The notes below the pieces were generated by a model. That model saw only the letters and a list, made by a program, of their open reading frames with translations, searched no databases and was not told the DNA's origin. The position numbers were made by a program, and so were the translations under genes. Shown piece by piece: positions 37,293 through 47,201 of a stretch of DNA of 64,000 nt. Origin of the DNA: Bacillota bacterium (GTDB lineage: Bacteria; Bacillota; Sulfobacillia; Sulfobacillales; JAIMBI01); assembly GCA_021820465.1 (NCBI GenBank), contig JAKADP010000004.1:11319-75318 (forward strand). Reading direction: 5' to 3'. Each line of letters begins with the position of its first letter. Within the stretch, counting starts at the first letter, position 1.

Positions 37293-39575
37293 ATGGGAAG
37301 TCAGCAGCACGTGGCGCCCGCAGCCGCCGCCGTGGCGGGCTGCGAGGCGCTCGCTCGCGACCTGGCGGTGCCGCCGCTGTGGGCGCGGCTGCTTTGGCAG
37401 CGCGGCATCCACGACGCCGAAACCTTTCGGGAGGTTATTGGGAAGCCGGCGGCCCTCGGGGACCCGGCGGCCCTCCCCGATCTGCCTGCGGCAGCCGACT
37501 TGCTGCGGCGGGCGATCCGGGACGGGGCACGCATTCGCGTGCACGGTGACTACGACGCCGATGGCGTCACCGCGACCGCCATTATGGTGCGGGCGCTTCA
37601 TCGCTTGGCCCCAGCCTCCGCTGTGGACTGGCACGTGCCGTCCCGCTTCGATGAAGGCTACGGGGTGTCGCTGGATGCGGTGTGGCGCGCGCATCAGGCG
37701 GGTGTCCGGGTTATGATCACGGTGGATTGCGGGACGAGTGCCCCGGAGGCCGCCCGGCTGGCGGACAGCCTGGGCCTTACACTGCTCGTCACCGACCACC
37801 ACCGCCTGCCGGCGGTGCTGCCGGCCGTGCCGGCGCTGGTGAACCCTGAGCGGATGACCCGGCCCCAGATCCTGTCCGGTGCGGGCGTGGCCCTCCAGCT
37901 GGCCCGCTATCTCCTTCAGGACGAGGCACCGCCCGTACTGTGGGGGCTGGCGGCGGTGGGCACGGTGGCCGACGTAGTTCCGCTGGTCCGAGACAGCCGC
38001 GCGGTTGCCCAGCAAGGACTTGCTGCGCTGGCCGCTGGGGCGGTGCCCGGGGTGGCGGCGCTTTTAGATCGGGGCCGCCGCGACGTGCGGACGGTGACCG
38101 CGCGGGATTTAGCGTTTTCGGTCGGACCCCGCCTCAATGCCGCCGGGCGCATGGGCGATCCTGCGCCGGCGGTGGAATTATGCCTGGCGGACGACGGGGC
38201 GCGCGGGGACGTCCTGGCCGCGCGCCTAGAGGCGCTGAACCAGGAGCGGCGCCGGGTGGAGCTCAGCGTCCGGACGGCCGCGATGGCCGAGGTGGACCAG
38301 CGACGCCAGCTGCCCGCGTTCATCGTGGTCAGCGGCCGATGGCACGAAGGCGTTATCGGGATTGTGGCAGCGCGCCTGACGGAGAGATACCGGCGGCCCG
38401 CCGCGGTGATTAGCCTGGGTGAGGGCTCGGGCAAGGGGTCCGCCCGGTCCGGCGGGACCGGGGACTTGGCCGGAGCGCTGGCGGAGGTGGCCCACCACTT
38501 CACTAAGTGGGGAGGCCACCCGGGCGCCGCCGGCTTCAGCTTGGCCCCCGGCGGCTTGGCGGGGCTGGAGGATGAGCTGGCGGCACTTTGGCAAGACCGG
38601 TGGGGGACAGGGTCGGTGCCGCAGCCCACGGTGGACGCGGAAGTGCCCGTGTCCGCGCTGACGCCGGATTTGGCCCGCTTTCTGGCGCAGCTTGAGCCAT
38701 TTGGCCACGGATTCGAGGCGCCGCGCTTTAGGGTGGCCGGCCTGGTGGTGGAGAGCACCACCATGGGAGCGGACCAGCAGCACCTGCGCCTGAAACTGGC
38801 GGGAGAACGAGTGGGATCGGTGGGGTTTGGACTGGGCGCGCATGCCGCGGACCTGGAGGGGCGCTGGCTGGTGGGCCGTGCGGGACTGTCGCTGGGGCAA
38901 TACCGCGGACGCGAACAGGTGCAGATCCGCTGGGAGGCGGTCGAGGAGCCCCCCGGCCCTCCGGGGCCCCTGGAGGGAAACCGGTGGGAGTGGGGGCGCC
39001 CGCCCGATGCGGCGCGCGCCCTGGTGCTGGTGGGCAGTGCCCGGGCGCGCGCTCGGTTGGCCCCGACCCTGCCGCCGCACTGGCAGGCGTCGAGTTGGTG
39101 GCGCCCGGATTTGGCCGCTGGGACCGGACCCGCCTGGACGGCCCTGTGGATCCATGACGCGCCGCCGCATGCGGCCGCCCTGCGGTCCGCCGTGGGTCAG
39201 CTGGTGGCGGACGGCGTCGTATACTGGGAGGAGCGTGCGCTGTCGGGGGCTGGGGTCTTGGCCAAGTGGGCGCGCCTGGTACCGGACCGCGCGCGTCTCT
39301 TGGCGCTGTGGCAGAGCCGCCGCGCCTCACGGCGGGGACTGGTGCCCGGGGGCCGCGTGCTTCAGGATTTGGGACTCGACGGCGGGGAAGTGCCGGCGTC
39401 GCGGCGTGCGCTGGAGGACAGTGGGCGGTGGGTCGCGGCGCGCCATGAACACGAACGGGCACAGCGGGACTGGCTCTTGGGCGGGCCCCTCATATGGCGA
39501 GAACACATGAAAGGGGCCACGGGCGTCAGTGGAACGTGGGGAGAGGAAAAGCCCGCCGGCCATCAGCCACCCTGA
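37293..39575 (+). CDS. recJ: single-stranded-DNA-specific exonuclease RecJ
   Basis: DHH motifs (VHGDYDADGVTA, ITVDCGT, VTDHH) and DHHA1 (GGHPGAAGFS). ATG 37293 follows a GGGGGGAG SD. Confidence 0.9.
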   Translation: MGSQQHVAPAAAAVAGCEALARDLAVPPLWARLLWQRGIHDAETFREVIGKPAALGDPAALPDLPAAADLLRRAIRDGARIRVHGDYDADGVTATAIMVRALHRLAPASAVDWHVPSRFDEGYGVSLDAVWRAHQAGVRVMITVDCGTSAPEAARLADSLGLTLLVTDHHRLPAVLPAVPALVNPERMTRPQILSGAGVALQLARYLLQDEAPPVLWGLAAVGTVADVVPLVRDSRAVAQQGLAALAAGAVPGVAALLDRGRRDVRTVTARDLAFSVGPRLNAAGRMGDPAPAVELCLADDGARGDVLAARLEALNQERRRVELSVRTAAMAEVDQRRQLPAFIVVSGRWHEGVIGIVAARLTERYRRPAAVISLGEGSGKGSARSGGTGDLAGALAEVAHHFTKWGGHPGAAGFSLAPGGLAGLEDELAALWQDRWGTGSVPQPTVDAEVPVSALTPDLARFLAQLEPFGHGFEAPRFRVAGLVVESTTMGADQQHLRLKLAGERVGSVGFGLGAHAADLEGRWLVGRAGLSLGQYRGREQVQIRWEAVEEPPGPPGPLEGNRWEWGRPPDAARALVLVGSARARARLAPTLPPHWQASSWWRPDLAAGTGPAWTALWIHDAPPHAAALRSAVGQLVADGVVYWEERALSGAGVLAKWARLVPDRARLLALWQSRRASRRGLVPGGRVLQDLGLDGGEVPASRRALEDSGRWVAARHEHERAQRDWLLGGPLIWREHMKGATGVSGTWGEEKPAGHQPP

Positions 39576-40086
39576 CGACTGGCGGACGCGGGTGCGGGAG
39601 ATTCCTGACTTTCCGGTGCCGGGGGTTCTGTTTCGGGACATCCTGCCGGTGCTGGCAGACCCGGCCGCCTATCGGCAGCTGGTGGATGAGCTCGCTCGTG
39701 CGGCGGCGCCCTTTGGCGCCAACGTGATCGTGGCGCCAGAGGCCCGGGGGTTCCTGCTGGCCGCGCCACTGGCCCGGCAACTAGGGGCGGGCCTCATCGC
39801 CGTCCGCAAGGCCGGCAAGTTGCCGCCGCCGGTGTACGGCGAAGACTATGCGCTGGAGTACGGAACCGCGCGGCTGGAAGTGGAGCAGCAAGCCGGAGCC
39901 GCTGGACGCCGCGCGCTGGTGGTGGACGACGTGCTGGCCACGGGGGGCACGGTGGCCGCCGCCGCCCGCTTGGTGGAGCGGCTGGGCGCCGAGGTGGCCG
40001 GCTATCTATTTGTCATGGAGCTTCGGGCGCTGGCGGGCCGATCGCAGTTGCGCGGCCGGCCGGCTGCAGCCCTCTGGACGGTATAG
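39529..40086 (+). CDS. apt: adenine phosphoribosyltransferase
   Basis: IPDFPVPGVLFRDI and the PRPP motif LVVDDVLATGGT. The GTG 39529 start overlaps the recJ end, so the true start is uncertain. Confidence 0.85.
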   Translation: MERGERKSPPAISHPDDWRTRVREIPDFPVPGVLFRDILPVLADPAAYRQLVDELARAAAPFGANVIVAPEARGFLLAAPLARQLGAGLIAVRKAGKLPPPVYGEDYALEYGTARLEVEQQAGAAGRRALVVDDVLATGGTVAAAARLVERLGAEVAGYLFVMELRALAGRSQLRGRPAAALWTV

Positions 40087-40131
40087 CGCTGCCCGAGCGG
40101 CGCCGGGTGCCCGCGGGGAGGAGGAGCGGAC

Positions 40132-42282
40132 GTGTCGGTGGACCTGGATCGCATGGCGGAGGAGTTGGGCTTTAAGCCTGACCCCGATTCGGCCGTGCGC
40201 ATTCGGGCGGCGCTGGCGCTGGCCGAGCGAGCCCACGCCGGGCAGTCCCGGGCGTCGGGCGACCCTTACATTGCGCACCCGGTGGCCGTGGCGCGCATCC
40301 TGGCGGAGCTGCACATGGACAGCGACACGATCGTCGCGGCACTGCTGCACGACGTGGTGGAGGACACCGGCGTCCCGCTGGCCACCATTCGGGCCGAGTT
40401 TGGGGACGACGTGGCGGAGCTGGTGGACGGCGTGACGAAATTGTCCCGGCTGAAGGTGCGGTCTCGCGAAGAAGAGCAGGTGGAAAACCTGCGCAAGATG
40501 TTCCTGGCCATGGCCAAGGACATTCGCGTGATTTTCATCAAGCTGGCGGATCGGCTGCACAACATGCGCACGCTAAAGCATCTCAGCTCCGACCGCGTGG
40601 CGCGCATTGCCCGCGAGACCCGCGAGATTTATGCGCCGCTGGCCAACCGGCTCGGCATCTTCCGCATTAAGTGGGAGCTCGAGGACTTGGCATTTCAGTT
40701 CCTGGAGCCTGACGCCTTTCAGGACATGCGGGAAAAAGTCCAGAAGCGGCGGCAGGAGCGGGAGGCGGCCGTCGATGAGGTGGTGTCGGTCCTGACCGAA
40801 CGCCTGGCCGCCACGGGTGTGGAGGCCGAGGTGTCCGGGCGAGCCAAGCATCTCTACAGCATCTACCGCAAGATGCGCGCCCAGGACAAGGACTTCAGCC
40901 AAGTGTACGACCTAGTGGCGGTTCGTGTCCTGGTGGAGAGCGTGCGGGACTGCTACGCCGCCCTGGGGTTGGTGCACGAAATGTGGAAGCCACTGCCCGG
41001 ACGGTTCAAGGACTACATTGCGATGCCCAAGTCGAATCTGTACCAGAGCCTGCACACGACGGTCATTGGACCGGGTGGCGATCCGCTGGAGGTGCAGATC
41101 CGGACCTTTGAGATGCATCGGACTGCGGAGTTTGGCATTGCCGCGCACTGGCGCTACAAGGAGTCGCGGCCTGAGGACCGGGACTTTGAGCAGAAGCTGG
41201 CGTGGATTCGTCAGCTCATGGAGTGGCAGCGCGACATGGGGGACGCGCGCGAGTTTATGGAGACGCTCAAGGTGGACCTGTTCGCCGACGAGGTGTTCGT
41301 CTTCACCCCGCGGGGGGACGTCATCGAGTTGCCCAGCGACGCCACACCGGTGGACTTTGCCTACCGGATCCACACGGATATTGGGCATCACTGCGTGGGC
41401 GCTCGCGTGAATGGCCGAGCTGTGCCGCTCAATTCGACCCTCGAGAACGGCGACATTGTCGAGATTATGGTCAACCGGTCGTCCCCCGGGCCGTCTCTGG
41501 ACTGGCTCAGCTTCGTGCGCACCAGCAGCGCGAAGCACCGAATTCGGCAGTGGCTCCGGCGCGAGCGGCGCCAAGAGCACCTGGCGCGAGGTCGGGAACT
41601 TTTGGCGCGCGAGCTCAAGCGGACGGGCCTCGGCGACGCGCTGGGCGAGGATCGGCTTGCCGCGCTGGTGCGAAAGATCGGGATGGGCACCGTGGATGAC
41701 CTGGCGGTGCGCCTGTCGGAAGGCGGCCTCACGCCGAGCCAACTGTCGCAGCGCCTCATGGAAGAGATGGGGCGCGAGGCGGACGGCGTGCCTGTGCGCG
41801 CCCCTCGCCCCACGCGCGGCGCCGGGCAGCCCGAGGTGCTGGTGCACGGCGAGCCCCGACTGCTGGCCCGCTTTGGGCGGTGCTGCCTGCCGGTGCCCGG
41901 AGACCCGGTCATCGGGTATCTGACGCGCGGCCGCGGCGTGTCCGTGCACCGGATGGACTGCAAAAATTTTTCCAAACTGTCCGCGGACGATCCGGCGCGG
42001 ATCGTCGACGTGGCCTGGGACGATGGCGCGGCCGGGACACCCCATCCGGTAGAGCTGGCGGTGTATGCCTGGGACCGGCCGGGCCTGCTGGCCGACGTTG
42101 CCAACACGGTGCAGGGGACCAACATTCAAAACGCGTCGGCGCGGGGCTTCCGCGACCGGACCGCGGTGGTTCACCTGAAGCTGGAGGTGCGGGATCTGGG
42201 GCAGCTGACGCACATCATCGACAAAATCTCGGCGCTGCCCTATGTGCTGCGAGTGGGCCGTGTGGCCAAGGAGCGAGCGTAG
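40132..42282 (+). CDS. relA: bifunctional (p)ppGpp synthetase/hydrolase RelA/SpoT homologue
   Basis: HD hydrolase domain (…HPVAVARIL…HDVVEDT…), synthetase domain, then TGS and ACT regions. GGAGGAGGAG SD. Confidence 0.95.
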   Translation: MSVDLDRMAEELGFKPDPDSAVRIRAALALAERAHAGQSRASGDPYIAHPVAVARILAELHMDSDTIVAALLHDVVEDTGVPLATIRAEFGDDVAELVDGVTKLSRLKVRSREEEQVENLRKMFLAMAKDIRVIFIKLADRLHNMRTLKHLSSDRVARIARETREIYAPLANRLGIFRIKWELEDLAFQFLEPDAFQDMREKVQKRRQEREAAVDEVVSVLTERLAATGVEAEVSGRAKHLYSIYRKMRAQDKDFSQVYDLVAVRVLVESVRDCYAALGLVHEMWKPLPGRFKDYIAMPKSNLYQSLHTTVIGPGGDPLEVQIRTFEMHRTAEFGIAAHWRYKESRPEDRDFEQKLAWIRQLMEWQRDMGDAREFMETLKVDLFADEVFVFTPRGDVIELPSDATPVDFAYRIHTDIGHHCVGARVNGRAVPLNSTLENGDIVEIMVNRSSPGPSLDWLSFVRTSSAKHRIRQWLRRERRQEHLARGRELLARELKRTGLGDALGEDRLAALVRKIGMGTVDDLAVRLSEGGLTPSQLSQRLMEEMGREADGVPVRAPRPTRGAGQPEVLVHGEPRLLARFGRCCLPVPGDPVIGYLTRGRGVSVHRMDCKNFSKLSADDPARIVDVAWDDGAAGTPHPVELAVYAWDRPGLLADVANTVQGTNIQNASARGFRDRTAVVHLKLEVRDLGQLTHIIDKISALPYVLRVGRVAKERA

Positions 42283-42741
42283 GTGCGCGTGCTGGTGCAG
42301 CGGGTGGCCTCGGCCCGGGTGGAGGTGGCCGGGCATGTGGTGGGGGCCATTGGGCTGGGGCTCCTAGCCTTCGTCGGCGTGGCCGTGGACGAGCGGGCCG
42401 CCGACGTTGAGTGGTGTGCGGACAAGGTGGTCGGGCTGCGCATCTTTCGGGACGCCGACGACCACATGAACCGATCGGTGGCCGATGTCGGCGGGGCCAT
42501 TTTGTCCGTGTCTCAGTTCACGCTGTACGGCGATGTGGGGCGGGGGCGCCGGCCGGCCTTCACCCGCGCGGCGCCGCCGGATGTGGCGGAGCGGTGGTGG
42601 CAGCACTTCAACGCGCGGATGCTCGAGGCCGGGGTGGCCGTAGCCACGGGCCGCTTTCGGGCGGACATGGCCGTTCATTTGGTGAATGACGGGCCGGTAA
42701 CCATCTGGATCGATTCCGCCTCGCGTCGGACGGGGCCGTAG
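42283..42741 (+). CDS. dtd: D-aminoacyl-tRNA deacylase
   Basis: MRVLVQRV...SQFTLYGD...NDGPVT are Dtd signatures. Confidence 0.9.
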   Translation: MRVLVQRVASARVEVAGHVVGAIGLGLLAFVGVAVDERAADVEWCADKVVGLRIFRDADDHMNRSVADVGGAILSVSQFTLYGDVGRGRRPAFTRAAPPDVAERWWQHFNARMLEAGVAVATGRFRADMAVHLVNDGPVTIWIDSASRRTGP

Positions 42742-42767
42742 GGGCAGCAGGGAGGGGCGCTGGACGA

Positions 42768-44027
42768 ATGGACGAACGATGGCAGCGGCCGCGGGGCACG
42801 CAGGACATTCTTCCTGACGACGCGGCGCGCGTGGAGTACTTGCGCCGCCTGGTTTCGTCGGTAGCCCAGCTTTATGGGTATGGCCGCATCGAGACGCCGG
42901 TGTTTGAGCAGACCGCGGTGTTCGTGGATGGCGTCGGCGATGGCACGGACATCGTCCAGCATGAGCGCTATTCGTTTGTGGATGCCGGGGGCGTCGCGCT
43001 GACCCTGCGGCCGGAGGGCACCGCGGCTGTGGCGCGCGCCTACGTGGAGAACGGCCTGTCGGCGTGGCCCAAACCGGTGCGCCTGTACTACTGGGCCCCG
43101 ATGTTCCGCCGGGAGCGCCCCCAGAAGGGGCGCTACCGCCAGCACCAACAATACGGGTTTGAATTGTACGGATCCCCGGAGCCGTCCGCCGACGCGGAGG
43201 TGCTGTTGGTGGCGCGGCGCCTCCTGGCGGGGGTGGGTTTAGTGCCCCAGGTGCTGGTGAACTCGCTGGGCTGCGAGGTGTGCCGTCCGGGGTACCGGGC
43301 GGCCCTGGTGGCGTATTTTGAGAAGCACGGACCGGATTTGTGCGAGGATTGCCAGCGGCGGGCGGCGGCCAACCCGCTGCGGGTGCTGGACTGCAAGCAG
43401 GATCGGACGATTGCGCAGGGGGCCCCCGATATCGCCGACTTTTGGTGCGTGGCGTGCCGGGCACACCAAGACGCGGTCATGGCCTTGGTGGCGGACCAGG
43501 GCCTCTCGGTGGTTCGGGAGCCTTCGTTGGTGCGCGGGCTGGACTATTACTACCGGACCGTGTTTGAGGTGCACGATTCCTCGCTGGGGGCCCAGTCCAC
43601 CGTGCTGGGAGGAGGGCGCTACGATGGCCTCACAGCCCGGGTCGGCGGCGCCCCGGTTCCGGCTGTGGGGTTTGCTGGCGGGGTCGAGCGTCTCCTCATG
43701 GCGGCCGGGAGGCGGATCCCCGGAGAGGGTGTGCCTCGGGCCTATGTGGCGCAGGTGGGACCGGGGCGCGAAGCGTGGCGGGTCGCGGAGCTGCTGCGGG
43801 ACGCCGCCATTCCTACGGAAGTGGACCTGATGGCCCGCAGCTTGAAGGCCCAGATGAAGGAGGCTAGCCGGCGCGCCGCTGTCGTGGTGCTCGCGGGCGG
43901 GCAGGAGTGGGAGGCGGGGCGGGTGGCGGTGAGGGGGCTCCGTGACGGCCGCGAGTCGGAGGTCCCCTTGGGCGGCTTGGCGGATGTGGTGCGGACCTGG
44001 CTCGACGAGGGACAAGAAGGAGAGTGA
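42768..44027 (+). CDS. hisS: histidine--tRNA ligase
   Basis: RGTQDILPDD, class II motifs (…MFRRERPQKGRYRQHQQ…, …GGGRYDGL…). Confidence 0.95.
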   Translation: MDERWQRPRGTQDILPDDAARVEYLRRLVSSVAQLYGYGRIETPVFEQTAVFVDGVGDGTDIVQHERYSFVDAGGVALTLRPEGTAAVARAYVENGLSAWPKPVRLYYWAPMFRRERPQKGRYRQHQQYGFELYGSPEPSADAEVLLVARRLLAGVGLVPQVLVNSLGCEVCRPGYRAALVAYFEKHGPDLCEDCQRRAAANPLRVLDCKQDRTIAQGAPDIADFWCVACRAHQDAVMALVADQGLSVVREPSLVRGLDYYYRTVFEVHDSSLGAQSTVLGGGRYDGLTARVGGAPVPAVGFAGGVERLLMAAGRRIPGEGVPRAYVAQVGPGREAWRVAELLRDAAIPTEVDLMARSLKAQMKEASRRAAVVVLAGGQEWEAGRVAVRGLRDGRESEVPLGGLADVVRTWLDEGQEGE

Positions 44028-45814
44028 CCACGCGCGTGAGCAGCCGTCTTGGGGAAGTGGGCCGCACGGATTACTGCGGGCGGATTTCGCCCGCAGCGGT
44101 GGGCGCGACGGTCACGGTGGCAGGGTGGGTTCACCGCCGGCGGGACCATGGGGGCTTGATTTTCATTGACCTGCGGGATCGGACGGGGCTGGTGCAGGTG
44201 GTGGTGAGCCCCGATGCCGCAGAGGCCTTCGCAACCGCCGACGCCGTGCGTCCCGAGTGGGTGGTGTCGGCCACCGGGCCAGTCGCCGAGCGGCCAGAGG
44301 GCATGGCCAACCCGGATCTGGCGACTGGGGCCGTGGAGGTGCGGGCTACGCACCTCACCGTGTGGTCGCGGGCCGAGACGCCCCCGGTGTCCCCGGCAGA
44401 CGGCGCGGCCGTGGATGAGCGCGTGCGGCTGAAGCACCGATACCTCGATCTGCGCAGACCGGAGCTGCTCAAGAATTTTGTGCTGCGGGACCGAGTCGTG
44501 TTCGCGGTGCGGCGCTGGATGCACGCGCACGAGTTTTTGGATGTGGAGACGCCGACATTGGGGCGCAGCACGCCCGAGGGCGCCCGCGACTTCCTGGTGC
44601 CGAGCCGCCTGCAGCCGGGCCACGTCTACGCGTTGCCGCAGAGTCCGCAGGTGTGGAAGCAGCTGTTGATGGTGGGCGGCGTGGACCGGTATTACCAGAT
44701 TGTGAAGGTGTTTCGCGATGAGGCGCTCCGGTCGGACCGGCAGCCGGAGTTCACGCAGATCGACGTGGAAACCTCGTTCCTGAGCCAGAGCCAAATACTG
44801 GACCTGATGGAAGACATGGTTCGGAGCGTGTTTCAGGAGGCCTTGGGCGTGACGCTGCCTCCGTGGCCGCGCCTTACGCACGCCGAGGCGCTGGCGCAGT
44901 ATGGGACGGACAAGCCCGACCTGCGTGCCGGCCCTCCCCTCGTCGATCTGACGGCGGTTGGCCAGCAGGTCGGCGCGCTGGAGTTGCCCGAGGCGGCCAG
45001 CTGGGTCGGCATTGTTGTCGAGGACGCGGCACTGTCGCGCAAGCAGCTGGACGCGCTGGTGGAGCAGGCTCGCGCTTTGGGTGCGCCCGGGCTGTGGTGG
45101 ATTCGCCGGACGCCAGAGGGTGTGAGAACCAACGCGGGACGCGCGCTAGCTGACGGCGGCGCGGGCCGCTTGGCGGACGCCGCCGTCCTTGGCCGCGATG
45201 GGCTGCTGTTGGTGATGGCCGGCCCCATGGGCGTGGTGAACCGCCACGCGGGCGCCATGCGCCTGGCGGTGGCGGCGCAGCTGGGCCGCGCGGCCTCCGG
45301 ATTTCACTTTCTGTGGGTGACGGACTTTCCTCTATTTGAGTGGTCGGCGGACGAGGACCGCTGGACCTCGGCGCACCATCCGTTCACGATGCCGAACCCA
45401 AGCGATCTGGTGCTTTTGGCCACGGACCCCGGTGCGGCCCGCTCGCAAGCCTATGACGTGGTGCTCAATGGGGTAGAGTTGGCTTCGGGCAGCTTGCGGA
45501 TTTATGACCCCGACTTGCAGGCGCAGATATTTTCTGTGCTGGGGCTGACGCCAGCCGAGACTGCGAGCAAGTTCGGCTACCTTCTCGACGCGTTTCGCTT
45601 TGGGCCACCGCCGCACGGCGGCATCGCGTTTGGTCTGGACCGCCTGGTGATGCTCATGGCCGGCGCGGAAAGCCTCCGGGAGGTGATTGCCTTCCCGAAG
45701 ACACACACGGGCTCCGACCCGCTCATGGGGTCGCCGGCACCCGCCGATCCCGGCCAGTGGGCGGAACTGCGCCTCACCCCCTGGGGGCCCGATCTACCCC
45801 AGCGCTCCAGCTAA
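44024..45814 (+). CDS. aspS: aspartate--tRNA ligase
   Basis: OB anticodon-binding N-terminus (GWVHRRRDHGGLIFIDLRD), FRDEALRSDRQPEFTQID, and a C-terminal ...GGIAFGLDRLVMLM. Confidence 0.95.
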   Translation: MTTRVSSRLGEVGRTDYCGRISPAAVGATVTVAGWVHRRRDHGGLIFIDLRDRTGLVQVVVSPDAAEAFATADAVRPEWVVSATGPVAERPEGMANPDLATGAVEVRATHLTVWSRAETPPVSPADGAAVDERVRLKHRYLDLRRPELLKNFVLRDRVVFAVRRWMHAHEFLDVETPTLGRSTPEGARDFLVPSRLQPGHVYALPQSPQVWKQLLMVGGVDRYYQIVKVFRDEALRSDRQPEFTQIDVETSFLSQSQILDLMEDMVRSVFQEALGVTLPPWPRLTHAEALAQYGTDKPDLRAGPPLVDLTAVGQQVGALELPEAASWVGIVVEDAALSRKQLDALVEQARALGAPGLWWIRRTPEGVRTNAGRALADGGAGRLADAAVLGRDGLLLVMAGPMGVVNRHAGAMRLAVAAQLGRAASGFHFLWVTDFPLFEWSADEDRWTSAHHPFTMPNPSDLVLLATDPGAARSQAYDVVLNGVELASGSLRIYDPDLQAQIFSVLGLTPAETASKFGYLLDAFRFGPPPHGGIAFGLDRLVMLMAGAESLREVIAFPKTHTGSDPLMGSPAPADPGQWAELRLTPWGPDLPQRSS

Positions 45815-46986
45815 CCGCCAGCCACCGATCGGGCGACCCGCGCTTCCAGCTGGGCCAGCGGAAGAAAGCCGGAGTGGTGCCACAGGACCCGGCCGCCCGG
45901 GCTGGTGAGCACGAACCACGGCAGCCCCTGCACGCCGTAGCCGTCGGCCAGCCGGCCCGTGGTGTCCACGGCGACGGGGTAGGAAAGCGGGCGGCCGATT
46001 TGATGCAACAGCGTGGTTAGCGCCGTGGCGCTGGGCTCGGTCGGCACTTCGTCGACGGCGATGAGGCCAGGCCAGCCATGCGCGGCGGCGGCCGCGGCAT
46101 ACGCGTCCAGGGCCGTCAGCTCCTGGGCGAGGGGGGTAGTCTGGCTGAGCCAGCTGGCGAAAAATAGCACCAAATGAGCCTGACCCGGGCCCACAAGGAC
46201 AGGCGATCCGGCGCCGGTCGCGGAGGTCGTGGGCAGTGATGCGGGCGTGGTCGGCGCGGTGCCTCCCAGATAGTGATAGGACAGGCGGGCCGGGACCTTG
46301 GGTCTTCCGGGGAGCCATCGGCTAATGGCTTGGGCCAGAATCTGACCTTGCTGGGCCACACTGGCATATGCCATCTGGGTTTCAAAGAGGGTTTCCTCAC
46401 GGCCACGGCGGTTGATAATGTACACGGCAGGGGTGTGGTCGACGTGGCCGGCGACCACGGCGGCGTAAATGCCGTAGGCGTGCCAGACGCGGCGCAACTC
46501 ACGTAGAGAGCCTGTGAGAAATTGCCAGGAGTCCGTGAGGCCGTGCGCCGACGAGAAGCTCGCGATATCGGACACGGAGAGCGCCTCTGGATTGGCTACG
46601 ACCCCGACGAGCTGGACCCCCGACGCCGCGGGGCCGAGCAAATGTAGGGCATCCAGGAGGCTCATGGTCGTCAGCGGGCAAATCGTTGTACATCGGTCGT
46701 CGACGAACGCCAGGACGACAACCCGGCCGCGCCACTGGCGGAGCGCGGCCGGGCGGCCAAATTGGTTGACCAGTCGAAAGCCGGGCGCGCGCCGCCCTCC
46801 GAGGGGCGTGCCCGGATCCAAGTCGGGGTTGGTGGCCAAGGCCGAGAGCACCGGAGATGGGGCGGGTGTGGGAGTTGCCAGGCGGCTTCGACCCAGAAAA
46901 ATCCCCGCGACAAGCGCACCGGCGGCCGCCACCAGCGCAACGACAGCCATGGCGCGCCGGCCCGATCGTGAACGCCAAGGGTCCAT
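45811..46986 (-). CDS. membrane-anchored tandem thioredoxin-fold protein (SCO1/SenC-like CxxxC domain plus a Cys-less TlpA-like domain)
   Basis: Track ORF 45811..47433 trimmed to MDPWRS after an AAGGGGG SD. TM anchor, then FVDDRCTTICP. The second domain has FFASWLSQ where a CxxC is expected. Confidence 0.7.
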   Translation of the reverse strand: MDPWRSRSGRRAMAVVALVAAAGALVAGIFLGRSRLATPTPAPSPVLSALATNPDLDPGTPLGGRRAPGFRLVNQFGRPAALRQWRGRVVVLAFVDDRCTTICPLTTMSLLDALHLLGPAASGVQLVGVVANPEALSVSDIASFSSAHGLTDSWQFLTGSLRELRRVWHAYGIYAAVVAGHVDHTPAVYIINRRGREETLFETQMAYASVAQQGQILAQAISRWLPGRPKVPARLSYHYLGGTAPTTPASLPTTSATGAGSPVLVGPGQAHLVLFFASWLSQTTPLAQELTALDAYAAAAAAHGWPGLIAVDEVPTEPSATALTTLLHQIGRPLSYPVAVDTTGRLADGYGVQGLPWFVLTSPGGRVLWHHSGFLPLAQLEARVARSVAGG

Positions 46987-47201
46987 GGGTGCCCCCTTAC
47001 GAGGTGGGACTCGGAACATAGGCCGAGGGACGCTGATGAGGCGACCGTAAACCCGGCGGGATCTGCTTGTCAATCGGGGGCCGCGGTTTGTGCCCGCGGC
47101 AGGGCCCTGAGCCGAGCGACGTGGGGGGCGACCGCTGGCCAGTGAGTGTGTGGATTGCCGTTCATCCCCCGAGCCAGCGCCGGTTGGCGGCGGGCTGGGC
47201 C

